Positions 39,186-49,607 of a DNA stretch of 64,000 nt are shown here, piece by piece; position 1 is the stretch's first letter; each line of letters begins with the position of its first letter. Source of the stretch: Candidatus Bathyarchaeota archaeon (GTDB lineage Archaea > Thermoproteota > Bathyarchaeia > Bathyarchaeales > Bathycorpusculaceae); the NCBI GenBank assembly GCA_963777155.1, contig CAVZPM010000038.1, forward strand, positions 32,001 to 96,000, written 5' to 3'. The notes beneath the pieces are model-generated. The model saw only the letters and a list, made by a program, of their open reading frames with translations, ran no database searches and was not told the DNA's origin. A program made the translations under genes and the position numbers.

Positions 39186-39310
39186 AATATACAACTCTTT
39201 ACGGTAAATACTGAGCATGACAGGTTATAAAATTGTTCGATTTGCCTGAACTCCAATAAACTGATAAGTACCTATTGATTTAGTTTCTAATAGCTTTTTG
39301 AGGTTTGATT

Positions 39311-41071
39311 ATGGCGAAATACAGGTGCACAGTCTGCAACTACGTTTATGACGATGCGAAAGAAAAAGTGAATTTTGCTGATTTACCAAAAGAATGGGTA
39401 TGTCCGGTTTGCGGAGCGCCCAAGTCAGTCTTTGTGCTTCTTGCGGAGAAATCCGAGGAGAAAAAAGTAATTGACCATACGGTTTCTGAAGTTCTGATTA
39501 ACCAAATTGCTGCTTGGGGTGTGCAGTACGTTTTCGGTATTCCCGGAACATCAACATTGGGTATTGTGGATGCCATACGCAAAACTAACGGCAAAGTCAG
39601 GTATATACAGGTGCGCCATGAAGAAACTGCGGCGTTTATGGCTTCAGCTTACGGCAAGTTAACTGGGCATGTTGCGGCTTGCCTCGGAATTTCTGGTCCA
39701 GGGGCAACCAACCTTGTGACTGGCCTGTACGATGCGCAACTGGATCATTCCCCCGTTTTAGCCTTGACAGGCATGGTTGCTCGCAAACAGATAGGCCAAG
39801 GCGCAATACAAGAAATTGACCATCAAGCATTCTTTGAGCCCTTAACAGTCTACAACAAAACTCTGATGACAGAAGAACAAACCACAAGCATCACAACTTT
39901 GGCGATTAAACATGCACTTCTAGATCAAGGTGTGGCGCACATCGGAATTCCCAACGATGTCCAAAAGTTGCCATATAAAGCTGAGATTTTGCCGTTTGAG
40001 GGCAGAATGCCTAACATGGCGTATGGGCAGGAAGAGGGGGTGATCGAGAAGGCAGCAAAAGTTATCGATTCAGCGAGTAGACCGGTAATTTTAGTAGGGT
40101 TTGGCGCAAGAGGACAAGGTAACAAACTGTTGAAGCTCGCGTCGAAGATTGGTGCGCCAATTATGGCTACTTTTAGGGCCAAAGGTGTCGTTGACGAAAA
40201 CGAGACGCTCTATGTTGGTTGTCATGGCGGTGTAGGTTCAACTGCGGCAGGTGAACTCATGACAAAATCAGATTTGCTCATTGCGATTGGCTCGTCGTTT
40301 TCGGATTTGTCGCTGATACCTCAGAAACGTACGGTGCAAATTGACATTAATCCATTGATGATTGCCCGTAGGTACCCAGTTGAAGTCGCCTTGCTGGGCA
40401 ACAGCGCCGTTCTGATTCCGAAACTGACAGAGAACGTCGCACAAAAACAAAACACAGATTACTTAAATGAAGTTGCAAGATTAAAACAAGCTTGGGCGGA
40501 ACAACTAGAAAAAGAAACAAACCCAACCACCAAGCCAATCAGACCACAATACATAATGAAGGTATTAAACCAAAAAATCGCCGATAATGCAGTCATTTCG
40601 CTAGATGTTGGCGAGAACTGCTGGTGGTTTGGTAGAAACTTCCGCATGAAGAAAACGCAAAAAATGGTCATGAGCGGCGGTTTAGCGACAATGGGCTTTG
40701 GTTTGCCAGGAGCATTGGCTGCAGCGCTGGCTTACCCTGAAAGGCAGATTGTGTGTTTAACAGGCGATGGCGGCTTAACTATGGTTTTAGGCGACTTCTT
40801 AACTGCCCTCAAATATAATTTGCCAATCAAAGTGTTTGTAATAAACAACAAGCGGCTTGGAATGATTATGCAAGAGCAGAAAGTAGAGGGCTACGAGAGT
40901 TGGCAAACTGACTTATTCGATTACAGCTTCGCTGACTTCGCTGAACATTCGGGGGGCATGGGTATCAAAGTCACTGAGCCAAGTGAGCTTGAGGCAGCAG
41001 TTGACAAAGCACTCAAATCTACTAAAGCCACAATCGTTGACATAGATACTGACCCGAGAAGGTTTCTGTGA
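39311..41071 (+). CDS. rubredoxin-fused pyruvate oxidase-like ThDP/FAD enzyme
   Basis: N-terminal CTVCNYVY...WVCPVCGA; VRHEE, SGPGATN, GDGG...NN ThDP motif. Confidence 0.9.
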   Translation: MAKYRCTVCNYVYDDAKEKVNFADLPKEWVCPVCGAPKSVFVLLAEKSEEKKVIDHTVSEVLINQIAAWGVQYVFGIPGTSTLGIVDAIRKTNGKVRYIQVRHEETAAFMASAYGKLTGHVAACLGISGPGATNLVTGLYDAQLDHSPVLALTGMVARKQIGQGAIQEIDHQAFFEPLTVYNKTLMTEEQTTSITTLAIKHALLDQGVAHIGIPNDVQKLPYKAEILPFEGRMPNMAYGQEEGVIEKAAKVIDSASRPVILVGFGARGQGNKLLKLASKIGAPIMATFRAKGVVDENETLYVGCHGGVGSTAAGELMTKSDLLIAIGSSFSDLSLIPQKRTVQIDINPLMIARRYPVEVALLGNSAVLIPKLTENVAQKQNTDYLNEVARLKQAWAEQLEKETNPTTKPIRPQYIMKVLNQKIADNAVISLDVGENCWWFGRNFRMKKTQKMVMSGGLATMGFGLPGALAAALAYPERQIVCLTGDGGLTMVLGDFLTALKYNLPIKVFVINNKRLGMIMQEQKVEGYESWQTDLFDYSFADFAEHSGGMGIKVTEPSELEAAVDKALKSTKATIVDIDTDPRRFL

Positions 41072-41080
41072 GGTGAAAAT

Positions 41081-41494
41081 GTGAGTGAAAAACAAGGATT
41101 AACGCTTGCATTTGTAATTTCACTAGTCGGAGCGTTAATTGTTCTTATCTTTAGCTTGGCAAATTTGGTGTGGTTTGGTTCCAATGCGCCAAATTGGGGA
41201 GGATTTGGCGACTACATGCGTAATATGATGGGTGGCTACCACAACTTCATGGGCAGCTATAGCAGCTCAACGGGTTTCTTCACGGCGATTTCAATTGTTA
41301 GCTTTGTTTGCGGAGTTATCATGCTAATGAGTGCGCTTGTTTTGAGGATTCATCCGCAGGAACATTTTCTGTGGGGAATAGTCATCGTTGTGTTTTCCGC
41401 CATAAGTTTCGTTGGCATGGGTGGATACTTTGTCGGTGCAACTTTCGGCATAGTTGGAGGAGTACTTGCCTTAACCTACAAACCACTAATATAG
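41081..41494 (+). CDS. membrane protein with Gly/Met-rich loop
   Basis: 4 TM helices; MRNMMGGYHNFMG loop; GAGGTGA RBS. Confidence 0.75.
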   Translation: MSEKQGLTLAFVISLVGALIVLIFSLANLVWFGSNAPNWGGFGDYMRNMMGGYHNFMGSYSSSTGFFTAISIVSFVCGVIMLMSALVLRIHPQEHFLWGIVIVVFSAISFVGMGGYFVGATFGIVGGVLALTYKPLI

Positions 41495-41561
41495 TTAAAG
41501 CGCCGAATCTCGCTAAAGGTGTGCCAATCTATTTGGTAGATTATCTGGAATGTTTGTTGTC

Positions 41562-41609
41562 TGAAAGAAGAAGAATTTTTTCGCAAGAGCGTTTTTTCTT
41601 CTTCTTTCA
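41562..41609. repeat. 14-bp perfect inverted repeat
   Basis: TGAAAGAAGAAGAA-N20-TTCTTCTTCTTTCA between convergent genes. Confidence 0.65.
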
Positions 41610-41953
41610 TGTTAGACGTTGTTTTGATTTCTGATCATGCCTTTTCTGTGTTTGTTTAGTGGAAGAACAAAAACAACATAATTTCCAGAAATCGATCAGT
41701 TGTTGTTCTTTAAGCTTTAGTTTATACATAATTTGTGTGCAGAATGTGCGAAAAGGCTATGAAAGGTGAGCTTTTCTTGCGGTAGCTAACTGAGCCAGAA
41801 AGTAATAAATCTAAATTATTAAATTGAAAATAGATAGACACAAAATAATGCATACCGCTCAGATTCAATATAGCAATGTACATAATCTGTTGAGGGATAT
41901 TTGGAAAGCGCCAAGAAAAGAGGCTGCTTTTGGCTTTTTCCAAACCAAAAATG

Positions 41954-42214
41954 TTAACTTTTCGTCTTAGATATGGTTTTAATCGTTTTTTCCGCTGTTG
42001 ACGCACTAAAGAGGAGATCGTCTATGGTCGCCGTGAAGGTGGCAAGTTTACAATCACAATCAATCTCGGTGATTACCTTGTTATTATCACGAGTTGTCTT
42101 CACTTTCAACCCAATTGGGGTTTTAAAGTTGTCAGGTGAAACCGCTTCGGCAACCGCTTGCGCCGTTTTCTTATCTTTATACTCAAGCGTGACTGTTGCC
42201 TGCAAGTTTTTCAC
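41954..42214 (-). CDS. pcc1: KEOPS complex subunit Pcc1
   Basis: AVSPDN...ATIDDLL signature; typical rps15-DHH-pcc1 order. Confidence 0.85.
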   Translation of the reverse strand: MKNLQATVTLEYKDKKTAQAVAEAVSPDNFKTPIGLKVKTTRDNNKVITEIDCDCKLATFTATIDDLLFSASTAEKTIKTISKTKS

Positions 42215-43649
42215 CCTTCAACTGCCTACCCACCAACTCATCAGCCAACTTTAGAAAAGTGTCAATCTTCTCCAAAGGTACCTGTGCACCAGCGGCTATG
42301 TTGTGACCTCCACCTTTGCCACCGTTGGCTTCCGATGCAAGTCGCATGACATCGCCAAGGTTAACGCCTTTACGTAATGCAGCTTCAGTGGTTCTGCCGG
42401 AAAACTTTGCAGCCTTCTCTGCTTCGATGTTAGCGAAGGCTAAGAGTGGTTTTTCGTTGTTAGCAAGGCTTGAAACAATAATGGAGGAAACTGTACCTAT
42501 GATTTTTTCGTTGATAAAGTTCTCACCGTAAATTACGTAGATGTTTTGGAGTTCACGCATGCGTTCGGGTTTTTCGCTCACCCAACTGAGATATTTGTTG
42601 ATGTTTTTGCGGTAGTCTTCAAGGATTTTGTTGGATTCTTCCAATGCTGCTTTGCGGTCACCCATACAGATTGCGATGCCTAGGCTCGGTCGATCCATAC
42701 GTCCTGTCGAATTCAAAACCACTGCAAACTCGCGTCCATCACGAAGCGCTGTGTTGGGTTCTTCCTTGGTTAAAATGTAAACATAGCCAATAAGGTTGTC
42801 AACTTCCATGTGTAAGCCCTTGGACAACAGGTAGTCGGCCAGAGCTGTACATAGTCGTTTGCGTTCTTCGTCAGTTAAATCGCATAATGCTCGAAGTTTG
42901 TCACCCTGCTTTAGTGGTATACCTAAGTTGGCAACAAAATTTAGTGCTTCAGTTTCCTGACCGCTCAAGCCAGGAATAAACGGGTTTGTTGTGGTTGCCA
43001 GCATCTTGTAGATGGGACGGGTTTCTCTTCCAAAGAAAATCAAGTCTTTCTCTACCCTAAGCAATCCCGCTGCGACACCATCGTTAACTATTATCTCGTT
43101 TAGACTGCGCAGACTACGTTGTTCATACTTGTCTTGCATATCCCCCAACGCACCAACGAGGGCTATGGGCGCCAAATCCACGTTCGCGGAATTTACAGCT
43201 TTAGCTGCAAAATAAGCTACACCTGAACCGCTAACATCTGTTGCCCCATCTATGCCAAAAAGGTGAGGGTTTACCTGAACAAAGTTGGGGTTAGCTACTT
43301 TACTTGTAATTTGATGATGGTCAAGAATGACGACTTTAACGTTTGGGATTTTCTCGTTTAGCAGGTCAAGGTAGCCGCTTCCAAAGTCAGTGAGGATTAC
43401 AAGACTCGGTTTATCAGCGATTACTTCGCCCACGATTTTCTCATCAACCCATTGCATTACTCTGATGCGGAAACGGGCCTCAAGCCGACTGAGCATTTTG
43501 CCTATAACGCCTGCTGCGGCAACTCCATCGGCATCCAAATGTGAAAACGCAAGAATAAAACCGTCTTTTTTGACCGTTTCCAAAATGACTTTTGCTGCCT
43601 CGTTTGCTGAAACCAAGAAGTCTTCGATGGATTTTTGCTGTGCCGCCAT
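42183..43649 (-). CDS. RecJ-like DHH family phosphoesterase
   Basis: SHLDADG, DFGSG, LDHH, GALGDMQ, GGGHNIAAG. Confidence 0.92.
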   Translation of the reverse strand: MAAQQKSIEDFLVSANEAAKVILETVKKDGFILAFSHLDADGVAAAGVIGKMLSRLEARFRIRVMQWVDEKIVGEVIADKPSLVILTDFGSGYLDLLNEKIPNVKVVILDHHQITSKVANPNFVQVNPHLFGIDGATDVSGSGVAYFAAKAVNSANVDLAPIALVGALGDMQDKYEQRSLRSLNEIIVNDGVAAGLLRVEKDLIFFGRETRPIYKMLATTTNPFIPGLSGQETEALNFVANLGIPLKQGDKLRALCDLTDEERKRLCTALADYLLSKGLHMEVDNLIGYVYILTKEEPNTALRDGREFAVVLNSTGRMDRPSLGIAICMGDRKAALEESNKILEDYRKNINKYLSWVSEKPERMRELQNIYVIYGENFINEKIIGTVSSIIVSSLANNEKPLLAFANIEAEKAAKFSGRTTEAALRKGVNLGDVMRLASEANGGKGGGHNIAAGAQVPLEKIDTFLKLADELVGRQLKGEKLAGNSHA

Positions 43650-43740
43650 GCCAAATCACTTCTTCGAGCTAAGAGGTGTTAATCGGATTTAAAGCTGGCG
43701 CATAAAAAAACAATAGAAATAGAATTAAAGAAAGAGATGT

Positions 43741-44181
43741 TTAGGTTACTGAAGCGATTTTTGGAACGTATTTCCAGTTCTTGGCGATTACGCCTTCACG
43801 TTTGTAGTACCGGCTGAGCTTGTGGATTCTTGCTTCGATTATTTGCATATTGCGTTTGTTGTGAAGGTCTTTCTTGTTTTTGTCCATGTGCACTGCGAGG
43901 CTCTGGGCTTTCTTCATCAGGTTGGATAGGTCTTCAGGCATTGTTGGAGCTAGGTTTGAGGCTTTTAGTGTGTCGCTTATGCTTTTGCCTGTGAGTGGTT
44001 TAACAAGCGGGATGGCGTATTGGTCGCGTAGGACAGTGCCTATGCTGCTTAGTGAATGGCCTTCTTTAGCCAATTTAATTATGAATGATTCTACTTCTTC
44101 AGGCTGGTACTTACACCAACTTGGAGGGCGCCTGCTGACAGGACGCATCGAATGAGATTTCCCTTTTTCTTGCTTTGGCAT
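43741..44181 (-). CDS. rps15: 30S ribosomal protein S15/S13e
   Basis: GKSHSMRP, IGTVLRDQY, PEDL, EARIHKLSRYYK. Confidence 0.96.
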   Translation of the reverse strand: MPKQEKGKSHSMRPVSRRPPSWCKYQPEEVESFIIKLAKEGHSLSSIGTVLRDQYAIPLVKPLTGKSISDTLKASNLAPTMPEDLSNLMKKAQSLAVHMDKNKKDLHNKRNMQIIEARIHKLSRYYKREGVIAKNWKYVPKIASVT

Positions 44182-44270
44182 CGTTACACCTTAAACTGCA
44201 CCCTTATCCACACCCAACGAATATTTAAAAGTAATCCCCTACAGAAGAAAAAACCGATTTTTCTATCTTC

Positions 44271-44783
44271 TTATTCGTGCTTCCGTCTAGATCTACTTAT
44301 AAAATACACGAAGAACCTTGCTATCAATGATAAACCGATGAGCACAATTAATGAGGACCAGAACTGGAACCAGCCGTTATGTGTTCCCGTCAACAGGAAA
44401 ACATTGGCTACGATGGCGGCGCCCAGCCAGAATATCAAGTCGCCAACACTTTGAGCTATCCGCCTAATACGCGAATGCACAACCAATCTGAGAGCTAAGA
44501 TCACGATTTGTAGGACCCCGACTCCTATCAGGAAAGTTAGGACTGCCGTGTAGAAGCCCTGGTGTTCGGCTGGATGTGCTGGTGCGAGTAGACTCGCGGT
44601 TGAACCCGGGCTGCCAAATGGAAAAGTCACTGTGGTTAGGTCTGAGAAGAATGCGCTGGTTTTCTCTGCTATACCAGGGGTGAATGCGAATACGGCACCT
44701 AAAAGTATGAAGAATCCGCCTATGGATATGGCGGTGATTAAGCCTTCATGCAAATACCCGTGTCTAACCGCACTGTAAACCAT
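44271..44783 (-). CDS. 4-TM membrane protein (paralog of 22773-23312)
   Basis: PAHPAEH, LIFWLG, WFQFW motifs. Confidence 0.75.
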   Translation of the reverse strand: MVYSAVRHGYLHEGLITAISIGGFFILLGAVFAFTPGIAEKTSAFFSDLTTVTFPFGSPGSTASLLAPAHPAEHQGFYTAVLTFLIGVGVLQIVILALRLVVHSRIRRIAQSVGDLIFWLGAAIVANVFLLTGTHNGWFQFWSSLIVLIGLSLIARFFVYFISRSRRKHE

Positions 44784-44853
44784 GTTATTGCGCCTTCACT
44801 AATTCTGCTTATGCAACAATTGCAATATAACACTTTGTTTTGGGATCTGTTGG

Positions 44854-45450
44854 CTAATGACTCTTGTACCATTTGGCAAACTTACGAATAGCAGCTGCCC
44901 GGTGCGAGTAACTATTTTTTTCCTCAATGGTCATTTCGGCAAAAGTTTTGATGCTTCCTTTTGGCTGGAAGATGGGGTCAAAACCAAAGCCTGACTTGCC
45001 CTGTTCTATGTGTTCAACCAATGTTATGACTCCTTTGGATTCACCGTCAAAGCATAGAGGTTCGAAAGGATTTTGGCTATCGCAATATGCGATGACAGAT
45101 TGGAAGTTGGCATGTCTGTCTTTGGAGTTTTCCAAAAGTTTTAGGATACCGCTGTTTTGGATGGTGTGGAAAACGTAAGCTGCATATGGTCCGGGAAAAC
45201 CGCTCAGGGATTCTATGAATAAACCAGCATCTTCAACAAAAATGGGTAGTCCACACCGTTTGTAAGCATTTAAAGCGCTTTTTTGGGCTATTTCTTTTAG
45301 GCTCTCACTTTGGATTTCGTCGCCTTTCAGCTTAAGCATACCCACCGCTATGCCATGCTGGCTAAGGATGCTACGTGACCTCATTGAACTTGTTAATGTT
45401 TCCCGTCGCAAAGAAAACAACTCGGTGCTTGGGAATTTGGCATATCTCAT
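44854..45450 (-). CDS. rdgB: non-canonical purine NTP pyrophosphatase (Ham1/RdgB)
   Basis: EDAGL, GFPGPY, GFGFDPIF, SHR; FATGNINKF lies in an alternate frame at the 5' end (compensating indels). Confidence 0.93.
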   Translation of the reverse strand: MRYAKFPSTELFSLRRETLTSSMRSRSILSQHGIAVGMLKLKGDEIQSESLKEIAQKSALNAYKRCGLPIFVEDAGLFIESLSGFPGPYAAYVFHTIQNSGILKLLENSKDRHANFQSVIAYCDSQNPFEPLCFDGESKGVITLVEHIEQGKSGFGFDPIFQPKGSIKTFAEMTIEEKNSYSHRAAAIRKFAKWYKSH

Positions 45451-46115
45451 TGTTTACGTTCTTCGACATAGCGGCCACGCCTCTCTATCTCCCTAATTTT
45501 CTCATAAACCTTTTCCGCGACTTCTATGCCAACGACGGATGAATAGCCGCATAACACATCCTTGAAGCATTTTTCCCAAAACATGTAATGGGTACTCTGC
45601 AACGCCCGCTTCATCAAATGTAAATCCACCCCTTGCGCCTCCAACTCCTCATTTTTTTCGCCCAAACCAAAGTCAACAAAAAAAAGTTTGCCTTCAGGCG
45701 TCAGAATCATGTTTGAGGTGGTTAAGTCGCCATGGATTAATCCGTGACTGTGAAGTTGTCCTACGGATTTGCCGATTTTAAGGCATAAGTCATGGCGGTC
45801 GACTTTTGAAGCTTTGTTCAAAATTTGTTTTACCTGCTGCCCTTCGACATACTCCATGATAATGGAGGCATCAGGAACGTTTACCATATAGATCAGCGGC
45901 GTAGACACCCCAGCGGTTTTAGCTTCATGCATAAGTTGCGGCTCATGGACCGTGCGGAAACTCCGAATCTGTTCATCCAAAGCTCGAGGACGGTACATTT
46001 TGGGGATGCGGACTTTGATTATTACTTTGCGTCCATGCCAATCGGCGAGGAATAGGCTAGCTTCGGCACCTTTCTTTAGCAGTTTTGCTTCATCTATTTT
46101 GTCTATTGTATCCAT
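45447..46115 (-). CDS. bud32: KEOPS kinase Bud32
   Basis: GAEA, HGDLTTSN, DFGL, IERRGRY. Confidence 0.95.
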   Translation of the reverse strand: MDTIDKIDEAKLLKKGAEASLFLADWHGRKVIIKVRIPKMYRPRALDEQIRSFRTVHEPQLMHEAKTAGVSTPLIYMVNVPDASIIMEYVEGQQVKQILNKASKVDRHDLCLKIGKSVGQLHSHGLIHGDLTTSNMILTPEGKLFFVDFGLGEKNEELEAQGVDLHLMKRALQSTHYMFWEKCFKDVLCGYSSVVGIEVAEKVYEKIREIERRGRYVEERKQ

Positions 46116-47137
46116 GGCACATCCACCTTGTCCACTCGCCAACGCAATTTCACAGAACTTTCATCAACTGGCGTAACCAACCCATGTCTAAAAGCCAAGA
46201 CGCCTGTCCAAGCAATCATAGCACCATTATCAGTGGCAAACTCCAGCGGAACCACACTGAACTTAGCATTATGCTCCTGGGCGATGATCGCAAGCATTGA
46301 TTGCAGGCGCTTATTTGCCGCTACACCACCAGTAAGTAAAACCTCCTTCTTCTCGGTATGTGCCAATGCCCGTTCGGTGATTTCGGTAACCATTGAGAAG
46401 GCATGTTCTTGTAGACTGTAACATAAATCTTCAAGTCGATAGCTGCCTTTCTGCCACGCAGTTGTCGCCGCCGTCAACAATCCGCTAAGCGACAAATCCA
46501 TCCCCTTCACTACATATGGCAACATAACAAGTTTTTCACCTTTAGACGCCAACTGTTCGATTGCAGCGCCCAGCGGCAAACCCCTCCGGTGCTTAAGCCC
46601 AGCTTCCCTAGCGAAGACATCAAGACAGTTGCCAAGAGCAATGTCTAGGGTTTCGCCGAAAATTCGGTAGCGTCCCGACTCCAAAGCTGTGACCATGGTG
46701 TTACCGCCTGAAACGTAGAGCGTTACTGGGTCTTGGGCGCCAGTTTTGAGTTTACCGATTTCGATGTGGGCAACGGAGTGGTTTATACCAACTAGTGGAA
46801 TCCCAAGGTATGAAGCTAAAGCTCGAGCAACAGTGGCTCCTGTGCGGAGGGATGGCCCTAAACCTGGACCTTGAGAGAAAGCAATAACTGATAATTCGCG
46901 CGGTTTCACACCAGCCTTTACGAGTGCCTCATGCAGGACTTTGTCTGCTACTTCCGCGTGGTGCCGTGCAGCTTCTCGAGGATGGATTCCACCTTCAATT
47001 GGGATGTAGCTATCAGATTTATTAGCCAAGATTTCACCGTTAAACGTGGCGATTCCAACACCAAAATCGTCGGCTGAGGATTCAATACCAAGGCAGTAAT
47101 TGCCCGAATTGTCTTTTCCAGTTTCTTTCATTCGCAA
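46103..47137 (-). CDS. kae1: KEOPS t6A synthase Kae1
   Basis: GIESSA, GGIHPREA, GPGLGP, HSVAH, VSGGNT, GGVAAN, DNGAMIA. Confidence 0.96.
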   Translation of the reverse strand: MRMKETGKDNSGNYCLGIESSADDFGVGIATFNGEILANKSDSYIPIEGGIHPREAARHHAEVADKVLHEALVKAGVKPRELSVIAFSQGPGLGPSLRTGATVARALASYLGIPLVGINHSVAHIEIGKLKTGAQDPVTLYVSGGNTMVTALESGRYRIFGETLDIALGNCLDVFAREAGLKHRRGLPLGAAIEQLASKGEKLVMLPYVVKGMDLSLSGLLTAATTAWQKGSYRLEDLCYSLQEHAFSMVTEITERALAHTEKKEVLLTGGVAANKRLQSMLAIIAQEHNAKFSVVPLEFATDNGAMIAWTGVLAFRHGLVTPVDESSVKLRWRVDKVDVPWIQ

Positions 47138-47213
47138 TTCACATTTAAGTGGGGATACATATTTTTATGTGAATCCAACGCTTATATTACTGTATTATTT
47201 GGAACTGATCTAA

Positions 47214-47633
47214 ATGCCTAAGCGTAATGACCTTGAACAGAAAGCACTCCACTATGTTGTCGGTACAGGCTATCAGGGTGTGCTTCAATCAGATTTATGG
47301 CGTGAACTGGGCGCAAGCAGCCGAGAAGGCAGCCGCGTATCCATTAAATTGGAAGAGAAAGGGCTTATCAGAAGAGAAAAAGAACTCCAAGAAGGCAGAT
47401 GGACCTATAGGCTCTACCCAAAAAGGTTGCCTGCATCCATAGAAACCATCGTGGACTGCCCATGTCTACTTTGTCCAGATAACGCAAGATGTGATCCAAC
47501 AACCGCCCTTTCACCAAAGAGTTGCCCAAAACTAACCGATTGGATACTTAACTTGGGAAAAGAAGCTCCAGCAAGCTTGCTCCTGAAGGTCCAAGCGCAG
47601 TATCGTACCAGAACCCAGCATACCCGAGGATGA
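47214..47633 (+). CDS. TFE-beta/Rpc34-like winged-helix protein with C-terminal Fe-S motif
   Basis: wHTH GVLQSDLWRELG..SREGSR; PCLLCP...C...SPKSCPKLTDW four-Cys cluster. Confidence 0.8.
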   Translation: MPKRNDLEQKALHYVVGTGYQGVLQSDLWRELGASSREGSRVSIKLEEKGLIRREKELQEGRWTYRLYPKRLPASIETIVDCPCLLCPDNARCDPTTALSPKSCPKLTDWILNLGKEAPASLLLKVQAQYRTRTQHTRG

Positions 47634-48271
47634 TTCCGTTGCCGAAAGCTTGGATACGTGAAAGAAAAAACGAGTATTATTATAAGAAAGCCAAGGAAGA
47701 AAATTATCGCAGCCGATCCACATACAAGCTGGTTCAAGCTAACGAAAAATATGGCTTCATCAAACTTCGCGATATTGTTGTTGATTTAGGTGCCGCACCG
47801 GGCGGCTGGATTCAAGCCGCAAGAAAAATGACCGGCAAATATGGCTATTTACTGGGCATTGACTTGAAACCCATAGAACCTTTCACCCAAGAATATATAC
47901 GCACAATAATTGCGGACTTCACTGAACCAGGGATAGTTGATCAAATTCTCTCATTTATTCCACGCAAAGCAGATGTGGTTCTTTGTGATGCTGCCCCAAA
48001 TATTACTGGGGTGTGGGAAGTTGACCATGCAAGACAAATTGACTTAGCAACTCAAGCCTTAGAAATCGCCCAATGCATTCTACGACCAAACGGCAACTTT
48101 TTTGTCAAAGTCTTCGAAGGCGACCTGCTCAACGATTTCATGCTAAACATGAAGAGGCTATTTGAGGAGGTAAAGTTGGTGAAGCCTCAAGCAAGCCGAC
48201 AGCAAAGCAGCGAAATGTATCTTTTAGCGTTGGGTTTAAAGACGGCGCGTGAATGTGCAGAAGAAAGCTAA
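47630..48271 (+). CDS. rlmE: 23S rRNA Um2552 2'-O-methyltransferase
   Basis: YRSRS.YKL, DLGAAPGGW, DAAP, KP.ASR..SSEMY. Confidence 0.95.
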   Translation: MIPLPKAWIRERKNEYYYKKAKEENYRSRSTYKLVQANEKYGFIKLRDIVVDLGAAPGGWIQAARKMTGKYGYLLGIDLKPIEPFTQEYIRTIIADFTEPGIVDQILSFIPRKADVVLCDAAPNITGVWEVDHARQIDLATQALEIAQCILRPNGNFFVKVFEGDLLNDFMLNMKRLFEEVKLVKPQASRQQSSEMYLLALGLKTARECAEES

Positions 48272-48310
48272 TTTTCCTGCTTTAACTTCATGTTTAGATA
48301 GGTGTAATAT

Positions 48311-49003
48311 TTGAAAGTTATATCGGCGGATTCTGCTGCGGCAATATTAGATGAGCATTTTAATGCTATTTATCATGTTGCTTCGGTGTCGGTACTGGTT
48401 GAACCACCTTATAGGGAACCATCTTTTCGTTTGGCTGAACCTATTTTTAGGAAAGTAGATGAGGGGTTTGATTTGATTGTTCATGAAGCTGAACTCTGCC
48501 GAGGTTTATTGGATAAAATGAAGGCGGATATCGTGCATTTGGATATGTCTTTGGGCGGAGTTTCTGTCGAGGAATTATCACCTGTGGAACTCATGAACCT
48601 AAGGGCGTCCAAGGCAGGAAGACAAAGCATTCTCAAAATACTGCCCAGGCTCAGGAAAATTGCGTGTGAAATCAAGCGGGTCCACGGCATAGATATGTTG
48701 GCTATTGGCAAAGAGAGTGTTCCTGTGCGGATTGCTGAGTTGACGGCGGGGGCAGAAGCTATTCTGTTTGCTTGTCAAAGAGCTCTTGATGAAAAAGATA
48801 GTGTTCTGTTGGGGTTGCCATTGAGTTGTCAACCCAGGTTTATCGGTAACTATGTGTATCTGCAGTCGCTTTTGGCAAACGAGCATGACGTACGAGGTTT
48901 TAGCGTGGATACGCTGGATGTTTTGACAAAGGTTAAATTATCAGAAACGTTAAACCCTACCGCAAGAGGATTCCGAGCTTTAAAGATAAAACCAGAAAAA
49001 TAG
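48311..49003 (+). CDS. DUF4152-like archaeal protein
   Basis: ISADSAAAILDE, LVEPPYRE, VHLD, GKESVPVRIAE. Confidence 0.7.
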   Translation: MKVISADSAAAILDEHFNAIYHVASVSVLVEPPYREPSFRLAEPIFRKVDEGFDLIVHEAELCRGLLDKMKADIVHLDMSLGGVSVEELSPVELMNLRASKAGRQSILKILPRLRKIACEIKRVHGIDMLAIGKESVPVRIAELTAGAEAILFACQRALDEKDSVLLGLPLSCQPRFIGNYVYLQSLLANEHDVRGFSVDTLDVLTKVKLSETLNPTARGFRALKIKPEK

Positions 49004-49017
49004 GAGATTAATTTGAA

Positions 49018-49599
49018 ATGAATTATCCCTCATTTTGGAAAACCGCTTCACTTAGACGCAAGAGGATTTACTCGATTATATTCATGTTTGCGTTTGCGGT
49101 ATCTTTGACTGTAATTGGCTCATTAGTGCCACTTAGTCCTCAATTTGCAAAAGAAATAAATGACAGCATAAATCAAACAAGAACTCAGGGATTAGAAAAC
49201 GGCACATTGATTCCGTCGATTCTTCTGAATAATTTTGGTCTTTGTCTTGCAATGTTTATTCCTCTCGCAGGCGCCGTCTTAGGCTTGTTCATAATGTTTA
49301 ATACTGGTCTTGCTTTTTCGGCTGCGTTTCAAGTGCAAAGCACAACTGCAGCTTCAACGCCTCCTCTTGACATATCACCTACTACAGCAGTCATTGCCTT
49401 GCTGGTTTTCGGCCTTGTGTTTCTACTAGAATATGTTTCCTATTCAATCGCTATCGCAGAAAGTATATGGCTGTTTCGACGACTAAGACAACGGAAGTGG
49501 GGAGAACTCAAAAATGCGGCGATTCTAATTGGAATTGTTGCAGTCCTGCTCATTGTTGGCGCTGTTGTGGAAACGTGGTTAATTTCAACCATCGGTTGA
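49018..49599 (+). CDS. SpoIIM-like membrane protein
   Basis: ILLNN, FIP..G, NTG, LE, A.VE pattern. Confidence 0.8.
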   Translation: MNYPSFWKTASLRRKRIYSIIFMFAFAVSLTVIGSLVPLSPQFAKEINDSINQTRTQGLENGTLIPSILLNNFGLCLAMFIPLAGAVLGLFIMFNTGLAFSAAFQVQSTTAASTPPLDISPTTAVIALLVFGLVFLLEYVSYSIAIAESIWLFRRLRQRKWGELKNAAILIGIVAVLLIVGAVVETWLISTIG

Positions 49600-49607
49600 C
49601 GATTGGT

